A stretch of 64,000 nucleotides of DNA from Eledone cirrhosa. Its lineage: Eukaryota. Shown piece by piece: positions 48,111-60,659 of the stretch (positions within the stretch are counted from its first letter, which is position 1; each line of letters opens with the position of its first letter). Below the pieces are notes generated by a model. That model was not told where the DNA came from, searched no databases, and worked only from the letters and a program-made list of their open reading frames with translations. Position numbers and translations under genes: made by a program. Where the stretch lies: positions 310,930,001 to 310,994,000 of the forward strand of contig OZ024741.1 of NCBI GenBank assembly GCA_964016885.1. The letters run 5' to 3'.

Positions 48111-49825
48111 TATTTATCTATATGTCTGCCCTGTCAACCCGTGCGTTCTTCCGTCCATTCGTTCGTCTATCAATCCGTCCATCCATCCCGGCTTTTTAGT
48201 GTATTGTTTATTGTCAATTACGTGCGTTGACTCTGTTCAATTAAATTTACGTAAATTCAAAATAAATTGCAAGGCACACAATGGACCGAAAAATAGGTTG
48301 TTTGTTTAAATACTGAGCGATTAATCTTATGTCCTCTAATAAATGCAGACATATCTTACATCTTTACTGTTTTTTAAAAAGTAGGAAACATTGGTCGATA
48401 GACTACAATAGATACGACCAGCTAAAACAACATTGTTTTATAATCTTCTCTACGTACGCTCACTTCTCATTTCTTCATTTCTTTCTATTCACTTCTTTTG
48501 ACTTTCACGTTTCCTCTTTCTATTTTTCTGACCCATCACGCCCTGTCTTAGTTTCTAACATCACGCCCTCTCTTAGTTTTTCAGAGACTACTTCATTGGT
48601 TGTCTTGCAAACGTGAAACTAACTACTTAGAATAAGCGTCACATCTTCAGCTACATCTGTATATATCTGTCAATAATCACATAAGAGAGACGAAATGTCG
48701 CTCCAGTTTAATGAGATAAAATCTCTTGTGGTGGTACCATTTGAAATAGTATATCTGTTTATACATTTTTGTGGGTTGTTCAGATGTCTAGCCACCCTAT
48801 TTAAGACCCGAATGTGGTTATTGGGTACAATTAACCTATTTCACATGATTGAACATTTTTGGAGAAAGGGTTCAGTGTGAGAATAACATGATAGCTTGCC
48901 GTGTTCCTTTTAGGATCATCTTCTACCTATAGTTCCACTGACTTTCAAGGAAAGCAAAGATAAAATATCTCCCATTGGAAACTTTTAGCTAGACAAAGCA
49001 GAACTATAAAATGTACGTGACGTTTTGTAAGACTATATTTTCTGTTAGGGCTTATTTTGACTCATGTTTTCTTTCAATCATTACAGGTTTTCGAGAGAAG
49101 AATGTAGTCTACTACAGTTTTCCAGCTGGATGAGCTACAGACCTCAAAGGAAGGTTACTTGCGACACAAATGTGTCGCATTTCTCTTTCTATATTTATAA
49201 TATTAATAATGGAAACTAGTAAAAATTCAAATTTATTAAACAATTAAAAAAAAGTTGAGGATCAGATTATCACATCTTTTTCTTTAAAAGACTCTCCTCT
49301 CAATGTCTTGTTTGATGTTCAAGTTGAACATCTGTAAATCATTGTAAAAAACATGAGCCGGATATAAAACTAGGTGGCATTGTTCTGGGCAGGAGAGATT
49401 ATGGGAATCCTTAAATGGGGAGAGAACAATATTAAGAAAAAAGTATGAGTGTTGGTTAGGATACGATGAATACGCATGAGGTGAAAAAGTTATGCAAATA
49501 TCTTGAGCTGAACAACAGATCATTATACTAGTGATGTAAACAGAAAGAAGAATAAAAGACGACAAGTCTATGACTGTCTTTTCTGATTTGCTCAATAGTG
49601 ATTGTGTGTCTCAGTAGCATTATTGTGGAGATTTGAACTGTAGTATAATGTGGGTTTAAGTTGAACCTTGTAGAGTGTTAGAAATTGATCGGGATTGATG
49701 AATTTTATGGCTCTATATAGGGAATTTAATGTGTGTGAAACAATTTGTTCATGTGTTAGTTCTTAGGTTTCATCAGATATTCCAATATTTGTATCAATGT
49801 TGAAAGTCTTAAGTGTATGTTAATC

Positions 49826-49943
49826 ATAATTGTTTCTACTTTTGGCACAAGGCCAGCAATTACCCAGTGTATTACTGGTACTTTATGTTATCGACCCCGT
49901 AAGGATGAAAGGCAAAGTTGACCTCGGCGGGATTTGAACTCAG
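49826..49943 (-). mobile_element. SINE 3' half
   Basis: Same family motifs. Confidence 0.8.
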
Positions 49944-50907
49944 AGTGTATGTTAATCATAATGATAGAGTACAAGGTACGACATTTTGTAACATATGTAT
50001 ATACTGACAGAATTGTTTCTTTTGGAGAACGTTATCCGCTTCATATTGACAAATGTTCTCAAAACCATGGATTCAATTTATGTTTGTGTGAATTAATGGT
50101 ACAAGTGACACCTGTATGTGACAATCTAAGCAGGAGTAAAGTGAAGCAAATTTCGAGTTGCAGGGTGCCTCATTAGAGGCAATAACAATGTAGAGCATTA
50201 AGGAATGGGTAATGGCGAGAGACACTAATAAAACGTGAAGAACACAAGATTTGATAAAGTGTCAGTCATATTTCCGTTAGATCTATTCTATGAAACCATA
50301 TTCGTTGTCTCTGATGTCTGGTGGAGAGAAAATTTGATGCAATAAATAATTGCTGAGAATTGTATATATTTCCTTTGAGATATTGGAGGAAATATGTCCG
50401 AGGGTCGGCTAAACATTTCATAGGCTGAAAATTTCAAACTCTCATGGAGTGACCGAATGAAGTTTATTTTTCCACATAGTTCCTGGAAAGCAACAATGCA
50501 CTTATTAATAAGAATATTTGAATTTAATGCATGCAAGATTTCACTGACCTAGCAGCATCACTCCTTTATCGTTAGCCTATGAACTTCCCAGCTTACTCTT
50601 GTGTGTAATATTTTTTGTTAGGGAGATTGTATTTAATTGGTATGAATTTGAGAGAGAGAAAGAGAGGGAGAGAGTGGGGTGAGAGCGAGAGAGAAATATA
50701 TATGTTTGTGTGTGTGCGTGTGTGTTGTGTGTTTCTGTACTCTCTCTCTCCCCACTCTCTCTCTCTATCTCTCTCTCTCTCGTTCTCTTTATCTCTGTCT
50801 AAATTCATGCCAATTAATGTTCCGTATAACGATGTCCATTACGAGCTGAGGATCCGCTACGGTGAAACAATCTTTCTCGGTATGGTGAACTAACTGTTGT
50901 GTAACCA

Positions 50908-50959
<52 letters not shown>

Positions 50960-50960
50960 C

Positions 50961-51002
<42 letters not shown>

Positions 51003-51045
51003 TAAATGGCAATCAAAGAGAGTTTAAACTTTCAAACATTTGATC

Positions 51046-51090
51046 ACTGATGATCGTTTCATCCTAGCACAAGACCTGATCCATCGGAGT
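51046..51090 (-). ncRNA. Degenerate hammerhead at the PLE 3' end
   Basis: ACT-CCGATGG-...-GAAA-CGATCA-TC-AGT; two core substitutions. Confidence 0.45.
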
Positions 51091-51774
51091 TGATAGCAAA
51101 AGCCAAACACAAACATAATATCAAAACTTTGTTACGAGAACAGTAGGAGGATACATAATATGGGATGCTAGATAAGCATAAGTATAAACATTTATATAAG
51201 TTAACAGTGGCGGGAAAAGCGTATGGAGAATAGGAGCAGATAAATGCAATAACAATTAGGAGCAGATAAAAGCAATAAAATAAAAAAAAATAAAAAAGCA
51301 TGCTGTTACAGATTAATTAAGTACAGTGAAAAACATGTCATAAGTAGTTAAGAAAGTTAATAAAGTTAATAAGTGAAGGCATGCAATTCAAATATAACTC
51401 TAAAAATACATCTCCAAAAAATATTTAAAACAAATATATTTAAAAATATATTTAAAAATACATTAAAAAAAGTTTCGATGCACTTGTAGCATAGCGGGGG
51501 ATTACAGACATATGCAAAACTATAAGTTCAACTACACAATTCAGTCATAATAATAATTATTTTTCAAAATGTCGAAAGGAGCGAATGTAATGTTGAATAA
51601 ATAAATATAATCATCAAAGTAAAAAATCCAATATAGATGGAAGTATTATCAATTAGACACTCAAGACACATCATCTAAAGCACCACATAGTTGAATACAG
51701 GAGACAAAGTCATATACCATCAAGAGTACAAATCATCCATCTTAGCATGGAATTTAACCTTAACCCTAACCCTG

Positions 51775-52283
51775 ACCGCCAACTTCTTTCAAAAACGAAA
51801 GAGAGGCGGTTTTCCTCTGTATAGTGGCTCTGTAAAAGAGGTTATATGGTGGACGAGATTGAGAGGACTGAGGACAGATGCCTTTCTCCCCGGCCAACAA
51901 CTCATTTCCTTCTTTAAATACCACTTTAGAAGGCGAACCAGAGTGGAGAGAGAGGCACTGCACCCCAGTAAATTTACTGAAAGGTGGGTGAATGTTGCAA
52001 AAATGGCCCGAGTGACTGGTCCTTCTCTGTATATAAACCTGTAGGTTGAAGAAAAGAGCAAAAGAAAGAAAGGAGCACTTGCACAACATGCTCCTGGAGT
52101 TGAGGGTTGTTCTATCTACGGGGTATTAAAGAACCCATTTGTAACGCCTCCCTCTATTGGGGATTTCGATTGTTATATTTCTTTCTTGAAAATATATTTT
52201 TACACGATTGTATGTAAAATCCCCGGCACATCTCCTGTATTGTCCACTTTTCTTGTGCGCCCTTGTGGCAAATAAAGAAATAC
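51775..52283 (+). mobile_element. Tx1 3' fragment H flanked by a 110-bp direct duplication
   Basis: Matches copy F/G ORF2 end and 3'UTR; 51648-51757 is duplicated at 52284-52393. Confidence 0.9.
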
Positions 52284-54580
52284 ATCAATTAGACACTCAA
52301 GACACATCATCTAAAGTACCACATAGTTGAATAGAGGAGACAAAGTCATATGCCATCAAGTGTACAAATCATCCATCTTAGCATGGAATTTAAAAAAATT
52401 AATCCTTAAGAAAATAGAAAAAGGGTTAAAACAAAATAAAAATAAAGAGGAAGTAATTCATGTAAGACATTCTATATATTAGAGAGTTACTATATATTTA
52501 GTAAGTTAAAGTAGACAAATTTAGTATGAAATAATATATGGGAATCGAATAACAGAAAATTGTTTTCAGGTCTAATGATTGCAAAACTAAAGAACTTTAA
52601 AAGAATAATAACTTTACAATTTACAGAGAAAGAGATTATCTATAAATACTAGAACTGCTATACATTATTTAAAAAAAGTTAATTATACTAGTATTCAATA
52701 GTTAATATTAAACAAAAATATAGAATGAGGCAATTGTTGTTATATATATTATTAGCAAAAATAAATATAAGTGTGGCTTGTGAGAAAAGGTGGAGAAACA
52801 ATGTATTATTAAGTTGCCTAAATGTGATGAGGCGGTTATAGTAAATTATAGTGGCAATAGATGGGATCAGAGAGGAAATGTGAGAAGAATGGTAGACAGT
52901 ATATAGTAGTTAAACATATTATAAACTTTCAGGTTTAAAAGTGCAATTAAATAATTATTATACTGTGATACTAAAGGTACTGAAATGAATAAGGTATAGA
53001 TCTACATTGATATAAATTAGTTAACAGGTCTAAAATAGTGAAAAGAATGGAGATTAATGTAAGGACAAGCGGAAGAAATTCCAGATTTCCTGTTTAATAA
53101 ATTTAGTTTAGAGTAAATAATGATATGAGACTCAAGAAGGGAAATGTCACACATTTTATTAGGAGGTTTATAAGATAAAGTTTTGGCAATCACCTTCCAG
53201 GTCAGGGTGTAAGGTATAATTATTCTTTAAAAATGATATAAAACTAGATAATAAAGTTGTATGCTTAATTCTATAGTTTTTGAAAGTATGAATATGGAAA
53301 TTATACCTTGTTTTAAAACTATTCGAAGTAGAACCAATATAGGTTTTGGTGCTGGTGGAAGTAGTGACAGTACAGGAATAAACAATATTCTTAACGAGGC
53401 AATTTCCATTAAGAGGGCATACATCATTAAGTCTACAATTACAGTTATGTTTATTGATTAAGCAGTATTGTGGGTAAAGATGTGAAGAGTTATTCAAATT
53501 AGATATATGAGTGCTGCAATTGCTATTAATATTCCTAGATATTAATGTATTATGAGAGTAGTTACTAGTATTATTAGGTACACTATTATTAAGCGTATCT
53601 ACTGGTTGTGAATTGTTAGTTAAGTTACAAGAAGTAAAATATTTATTAAATTTCTTATTATTACTACGCACTATGTGATTAACAATGTTTGGTGTGGTTG
53701 AATAAGAGATTTTAATGGTATTTTTATTAATTATTTTATGGTATTTGAGATTAAGTGGAAATCTTTTTTCAATAATAGAGAAGAATACTCTAGGTATATT
53801 AGTAGATACATGTAAGTTGAAAAGTGGATTAACATATGAATTAAACCTATTATTTTTGTTTTTGTTACTAATAAGTGTATCCTTAAAGTGATTAAGATTA
53901 AAACTATTTTGATTATTAGCTTCAGTTTTATGTTTAGTATTATAGGTGTTAGGTTTAGTGTTATTACTATCCTTTTTATACACAATATTTTTCTTATGAT
54001 TAATATGTTTTTGTTATAGATAAAATGGCCGTTAGTGTTAGGAGGAATTGTAGAAGGGTGCGTGTCATTATTTAATCTACTGATTCCATTAATAATATTG
54101 TTATTAATAACTTTATTAGTTTTTATATTTATAGGCTTTTTTCATAGACATATTATGTGAGATGATATTAGGTTGTTTATCGTAGTATGCAAAAGAGTTT
54201 TCAGAGATGAAATCAAATTTATTTTTATAGCCAGAACGTGATAAAGCTTCATCATAATAATGAGTATTTTGGTTAAAGATGGATTCATTATAGGATAAAC
54301 TACTAATTTTATTAGATACAGCTATAATAATTGGATTTAAAACAGTTCTTGGGTGGTTAGAATTGGTATCAACGTACCTTAATAGGTTTTTCATTAGCTT
54401 TACGGTAGGATGTAAAGGTTTTCATATCAAAGCGTAGGGTAACCTCAAGGAAATTAACAGTTTTGATATTCTTATCCAAAGTAATACTTTTAATGAACTT
54501 ATGTAATTCTCTCCTAGTTATTTCAAAGGTATCAAAGTTATATATATATATTTTTCTTTATATATATATATATTTATATA

Positions 54581-54684
<104 letters not shown>

Positions 54685-54860
54685 TAAAAAAATAATGAAT
54701 AAAACAATGAAACAGTTCCTTATATTAAACAAAAAAAGTTCATTATTTAACGATCGTTTCTAGGATATATATGTGTTAGAATTGGCATGCATATTCAACA
54801 GATCTATGTACAAAATTATACAAAATTATACAAAATTATACAAAATTATACAAAATTATA

Positions 54861-55013
54861 CATTATTTCTGAAGACGGCATATATATGTGTGTTTGGTAT
54901 GTATATTTAATCTTGATAGTTTGTATAATTTTGTATAATTTTGTACATAGATCTGTTGAATATGCATGCCAATTCTAACACATATATATCCTAGAAACGA
55001 TCGTTAAATAATG
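54861..55013 (+). ncRNA. Type I hammerhead with extended stem II (PLE pLTR)
   Basis: Stem I CATTATTT/AAATAATG, CTGAAGA 54869-54875, GAAA 54994-54997, palindromic CGATCG, GTT triplet. Confidence 0.75.
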
Positions 55014-55209
55014 AACTTTTTTTGTTTAATATAAGGAACTGTTTCATTGTTTTATTCATTATTTTTTTAATATTTAATCTTGACTCTGTATTCCGTTTAT
55101 CTTTCACCGAAAGTGATTTTTCATTGCATCTCTTCTTTCCATGATATCCGGACTACATTGAGTTCTTCATACGGATTGGACACTACCGTAAACTCTTGGT
55201 AGATTTATC

Positions 55210-55274
<65 letters not shown>

Positions 55275-55284
55275 GTATATATAA

Positions 55285-55630
55285 CTTTGATACCTTTGAA
55301 AGAAATAGGAGAGAATTATATAAATTCGTTAAAAGTATTACTTTGGATAAGAATACCAAAACTGTTAATTTCCTTGAGGTTACCCTACGCTTTGATATGA
55401 AAACCTTTACATCCTACCGTAAAGCTAATGAAAAACCTATTAAGGTACGTTGATACCAATTCTAACCACCCAAGAACTGTTTTAAATCCAATTATTATAG
55501 CTGTATCTAATATAATTAGTAACTTATACTATAATGAATCCATCTTTAACCAAAATACTCATTATTATGATGAAGCTTTATCACGTTCTGGCTATAAAAA
55601 TAAAATTGATTTCATGCCTGAAAACTCTTT

Positions 55631-55635
<5 letters not shown>
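55285..55635 (+). mobile_element. PLE RT fragment, inverted copy of ~54185-54540
   Basis: Near-identical translations MKNLLRYVDTNSNHPRTVLNP on both strands. Confidence 0.85.
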
Positions 55636-55710
<75 letters not shown>

Positions 55711-55721
55711 TATACTATATA

Positions 55722-56656
55722 TAGAGTTATAAACTCAAACAGTCTTTTACAATTAAATAGCTCAAAGAAAGAGATATTTCTGAGTCGTGAAATACAAATT
55801 AATATAAATTAATATATGATAAACACTAATACAATTATATAAGTGTTTGTATTGCAAATGACCAAGTTAGCTAGATTGAAAAATACTAATTAAATTAATA
55901 CAGTGCCTGTCTCGATTTAAAATAATAAATCAATGAAAGCAAACCCATATTGGCAATAGCCGTGATAGCTGGACAAATTTAAATTTCAAAACCCAAATCT
56001 GTTTCGCAGACAAATTTAAATTTCAAAACTCAAATCCGTTTCGCAACGATAAGTGAAAATTCCATTTCTGTGCTCTTCGGCAGGTATCCAGAATTGGTAT
56101 GTTTCACTTCAAAATACTTAGGAGGACTGATAGAGAAGTGTTGAACGCACATGGTTTCTCAGCGCCTAGCCAGTCCTATAGTCGTGCCGCTAGAAATAAC
56201 AGCCGTTTTTATAGGACTAAAATTTAGCTATACAAAAGGAGCTGTTAATACTATATAGAGAATTATATACTCAAACAGTCTTTTACAATTAAATAGCTCA
56301 AAGAATGAGATATTTCTGAGCCGTGAAATACAAATTAATATAAATTAATATATGATAAACACTAATACAATTATATAAGTGTTTGTATTGTAAATGACCA
56401 AGTTAGCTAGATTGAAAAATACTAATTAAATTAATACAGTTTGCTTGTCTCGATTTAAAATAATAAATCAATAAAACAAACCCATATTGGCAATAGCCTG
56501 ATACCTGGACAAATTTAAATTTCAAAACCCAAATCTGTTTCGCAGACAAATTTAAATTTCAAAACTCAAATCTGTTTCGCAACGATAAGTGAAAATTCCA
56601 TTTCTGTGCTCTTAGGCAGGTATCCAGAATTGGTATGTTTCACCTCAAAATACTTC
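55722..56656. repeat. ~540-bp tandem repeat (about 1.7 units); diverged third copy at ~59293-59756
   Basis: actcaaacagtcttttacaattaaatagctcaaag recurs at ~55733 and ~56269; caaatgaccaagttag recurs at ~55855, ~56390 and ~59295. Confidence 0.85.
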
Positions 56657-56659
56657 AGC

Positions 56660-58868
56660 TAGAAGTGGCCACAAAAATAAATTAGTATATATACCTTGTA
56701 CCAATAACACTACAAACATACAACCTAATATTACCAACAAACACCAAATGAAACATACACACCTAAATGCCACTCACACTATACCCCAAAATACCAACAT
56801 AAAACTAAATTTCTCTAACTCTTCTAATATACAATGTAGTAACTCTCAAAAAACTATTCATCCTACTACTCTAATAAATGTTAATAATAAAACTCCTAAT
56901 AAACAAGCTAAAACACCTAAATCAATGAATCTAACTAAAAATGTGTGTGGTGATGTCATTAACAATAATTCTCTTAATAAACATCAGGATACATCCTATA
57001 AAAATAATAAACAACATCGAAACCGTAATAGACGAGTTACTTGGTATAATGCTCCATTTAATTTACAAATTAAAGATAATATACGTAAACATTTTTTTAC
57101 TATCCTAGAAAGGAACTTCCCGCCAAACCACAAATACCATCAAATTTTAAATAGATCAACGGTTAAATTCTCCTACTCAACGACCAAAAATATAAAACAA
57201 AATATAAGTGCCTATAATGCATATAAATGTAAAAAAACCATGCGTATACCACCAATACATCAAACTAACCATAATATCTCCTCTGATACAGGATTCACGA
57301 AAAGTTGTAACTGTAGAAACAAAGCAAATTGCCCATTAAAAGGAAATTAACTTGTTAATAACATAGTATATAAATGTAAAGTTAACACTAAGGACTCAAT
57401 TTATTCATATATAGGGGCTACCTCTAACCAATTTAAAGTAAGATTTAATACCCACAAACACAGTTTTAAAAATGCCGCATTAGCTAATACAACATCTTTA
57501 GCTGAAATAATTAATAATTATAGAAAGGTGAATATAGATTATGACCTGACCTGGAGTGTGCTCAAAAGGGCCACCCCTTATCAAAATAATAGATATGAAT
57601 GTAGATTGTGTTCCCAAGAACTTTTCGAAATAATGAAATATAAGGATATCCTATTAAATAAGCGACAGGAATTAATAATATCGTGTAATCATAAACTGAG
57701 AAAAACCTTTAAATATTATAAACCTAATTAATATACACTTTAGAAATTACTATAATAACATTGTTTTTAATTTAGTTAACCTATAATTAATATTCTACTA
57801 CTGATGAACTACATAATTTTGTTTCCCTTTTACAACTATCTTTTCCTAAAATTGATACCATTAAGTATACATATATACTGTTTTAATTTCAGGTTATGAT
57901 TCTATGTTCCTTGTAATTTATATATATTTGTTATTTCTCACTAATAATTTTACCCCCCCCCCCCCCAATAATAATTATTTATTTCCCCTCGTTTTTAACA
58001 GCACTCTTCAATTACATCTAACTCTTATTTATCATATCTATATGCATTAATATAATTTTATCAAAATAAATATACCTATCAATTTAATTAATTTCTTTTC
58101 TTTTCATAGATGTAAATTCCATATATTTTTTTCACTAACACTTTTATCGTAAAATTTTAGTCTCCTTAGATATTTACAATGACATTATTCTTTTACAACA
58201 GCAATTTTTCGGGTACTTTTTACCGACCTGACCTATTTTCACCCCTAAAATAACCTTTTCATTCATCATATTCCTTCCATTCAAAACTGAAATCTGCCTT
58301 CTTCTACTCCTAAATTAAAGTTCCATTACTACTATTATACCATTTGGCCAGTTATTACCTTTCTACTGGTCAATTCAAAACCTGTTCCCAAACAGACCTA
58401 TTATATTAAATCTTTGGTGGTTTTATTCAATGAACAAATATAATTATTTCTGAAGACAGCATATGACCTATTTTCATCCCTAAAATAATCTCTCATTCAT
58501 AATATTATTTCCATCCAAAACTGAAATCTACCTTCCTATACCCCTAAATTAAGGCTCTATTACTACTATTTTACCATCTTGACCTTCACTATCTTTCTAT
58601 TGGTCAATTCAAAACCTGTTCCCAAACAGACCTATTGTATTAAATCTTTGTTGGTTTTTTTCAATAAAAAATATCATTATTTCTGAAGACAGCATATATA
58701 TGTGTAGGTATGTATATTCCTTCTGATAGTTTGTAAAAATTTTACATAGATCTATATGATATGCATACCAACACTAACATATATATCCTAGAAACGATCG
58801 TAAAATGATGAATTTGTTAATATAAGGAACTGCTTCTTTGTTTATTCATTATTTTTATTATTTTTATT
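56660..58868 (+). mobile_element. Penelope-like element 3' part (Neptune-type) with pLTR
   Basis: VTWYNAPFN, VKFSYS, SCNCRNKANCPLKGN, IVY..YIG, CRLC..E..LLNKRQELIISCNH; ~235-bp tandem duplication ~58229-58698; hammerhead at the end. Confidence 0.85.
58674..58811 (+). ncRNA. Type I hammerhead with extended stem II
   Basis: Stem I TCATTATTT/AAATGATGA, CTGAAGA 58683-58689, GAAA 58791-58794, CGATCG, GTA triplet. Confidence 0.8.
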
Positions 58869-58869
58869 A

Positions 58870-59062
58870 TGGTGAGTGGATTGGCAGTATCGGTAGAGGG
58901 TCGGACACCATGCTTTGACGCATAGAGTTACGGCCTTTGCTATTCTGAGTTCAAATCCCGCCGAGGTTAACTTTGCCTTTCATCCTTACGGGGGTCGATA
59001 AAATAAAGTACCAGTAATACACTGTATAATTGCTGGCCCTGTGCCAAAATTAGAAACAATTA
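58870..59062 (+). mobile_element. tRNA-derived SINE, full length
   Basis: Same family motifs. Confidence 0.85.
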
Positions 59063-59125
59063 TTTTTATTATTTTATATATATATATATATGTGTGTGTG
59101 TATGTGTGTGTGGGTGTGTGTATTG

Positions 59126-59198
<73 letters not shown>

Positions 59199-59754
59199 AT
59201 ACAATACACACACCCACACACACATATATATATATATACAATTGAATATATGAGAGGGATGAATACCGATACAAGTATTCATGTGTTCGAAGTGCAAATG
59301 ACCAAGTTAGTTAGGTTGAAAGAATACTAATTTAAAAGAATATGGTTTGCCTGTTTCGATTTAAAGTAATAAATCAATAAAAATAAGAAATCTATATCGG
59401 CCAACTGCCGTTTGATACCGGACAGATCTAAATCTGTTCGCAAGAATTACTAAGTGAAAGTCACCATTCCTGTGTTCTTCTGCGGGTATCCAGGAAATTC
59501 GTACCTTTCACTTCAAAACATCCAAGAAGACTGAACTATTTGTTGATATAAAAGCACATGTTGCAGCGCCTAGCGCGTCTCATACTCATGCCGCTAAAAA
59601 TAGCAGTCGGTTTTATCAGACTAAAGTTAGCTCTACGTATGGAGCCGACCGAGAATATCATAGATTTAGTTAGAAACTTAAAATAGTCTTTTACAGATTC
59701 CATTCCTTGAGCTATTTAATTGAAAAGACCATTTTGAGTTTCTAACTCAATCTA

Positions 59755-59832
<78 letters not shown>

Positions 59833-59842
59833 TTATTTATAG

Positions 59843-60100
59843 GGAAAAAAGATGAAATCGAAAATGCAAGTAGAGTCTTTTTTATAAAAATATATATTTA
59901 ATTGGTTCCTTTACCGATTTCGTAGTTCTGCTTTTCAAAAGTAGAACTGAGATGGAGGGTTTGTGGAGGAAAACCACAAACCCTGCATCTCAATTCTACT
60001 TTTGAAAAGCAGAAGAACTACGAAACCGGTAAAGGAACCAAATAAATATATATTTTTATAAAGAAAGACTCCAGTGGCATTTTCGATTTCATCTTTTTCC
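59843..60100. repeat. Fold-back inverted repeat (~120-bp arms) containing the 3' half of a hammerhead
   Basis: Arms centred near 59968; GAAACCGGTA-AAGGAACC-AATAAA at ~60022-60046. Confidence 0.8.
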
Positions 60101-60169
60101 TTATACTTTCACTCGTGTAGGACACCATTTTTTTTTCATTTTGTAAAAAAACTCACTTTCTAATAATAA

Positions 60170-60239
<70 letters not shown>

Positions 60240-60242
60240 GAA

Positions 60243-60646
60243 TTGGTGCTCTGAAATAGTGATATATATATATGAATGTATATATAGTGTATTTTGCAAT
60301 ACACTGTATGCTTAATAAAAAGCATTTTGAAGACCCTACGCTTTTGTTTTAAAGTAGTGACTATGTCACTTACTTCTTTTTTCAGCAAACAAAGGGACAT
60401 AAGCTGACAGATCTCTGTTTCGTACTGTTTGTACTCATCAGAGATTATCACTCTTTTTGCCTGCTGGGGAGTACCAACAGTACGAAACAGAGATCTATCA
60501 GCTCATCTCCCTTTGTTTTCTGAAAAAAGAAGTAAGTGACATAGTCACTACTTTAAAACAATAGCGTAATGTCTTCAAAATGCTTTTAATTAAGCATACA
60601 GTATATTACAAAATACAATATATATACATTCATATATATATATATA
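60243..60646. mobile_element. Third locus of the hammerhead-containing short repeat, as an inverted pair
   Basis: ttggtgctctgaaatag start as at 2433 and 3984; ~60263-60436 inverted at ~60469-60646. Confidence 0.75.
60399..60448 (-). ncRNA. Canonical type I hammerhead ribozyme
   Basis: ATAATCT-CTGATGA-GTAC(AAACA)GTAC-GAAA-CAGA(GA)TCTG-TC-AGCTTAT. Confidence 0.85.
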
Positions 60647-60659
60647 GAATTTACAAGAA

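Larger units (their letters stand above)
51000..54540 (-). mobile_element. Penelope-like element (Neptune-type), 5'-truncated, interrupted by a Tx1 fragment
   Basis: VNFLEVTL, YVDTNSNHP, NP.FN..V.TNI...F, IKISYS, CNC...CPLNGNC linker, IVY/YIG GIY-YIG; degenerate hammerhead at 51046-51090. Confidence 0.85.

Noticed and set aside
48300-50600. Possible exons or old LINE remnants in less repetitive sequence
   Set aside because: No convincing reading frame with splice sites or recognisable motifs by eye
54810-54862. CAAAATTATA x5 array
   Set aside because: Simple minisatellite with no spacers; not CRISPR, and the context is eukaryotic
56150-56250. Pistol-ribozyme-like AAA...CTAGGCG arrangement
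   Set aside because: The required pseudoknot complement is absent; it folds as an ordinary long stem
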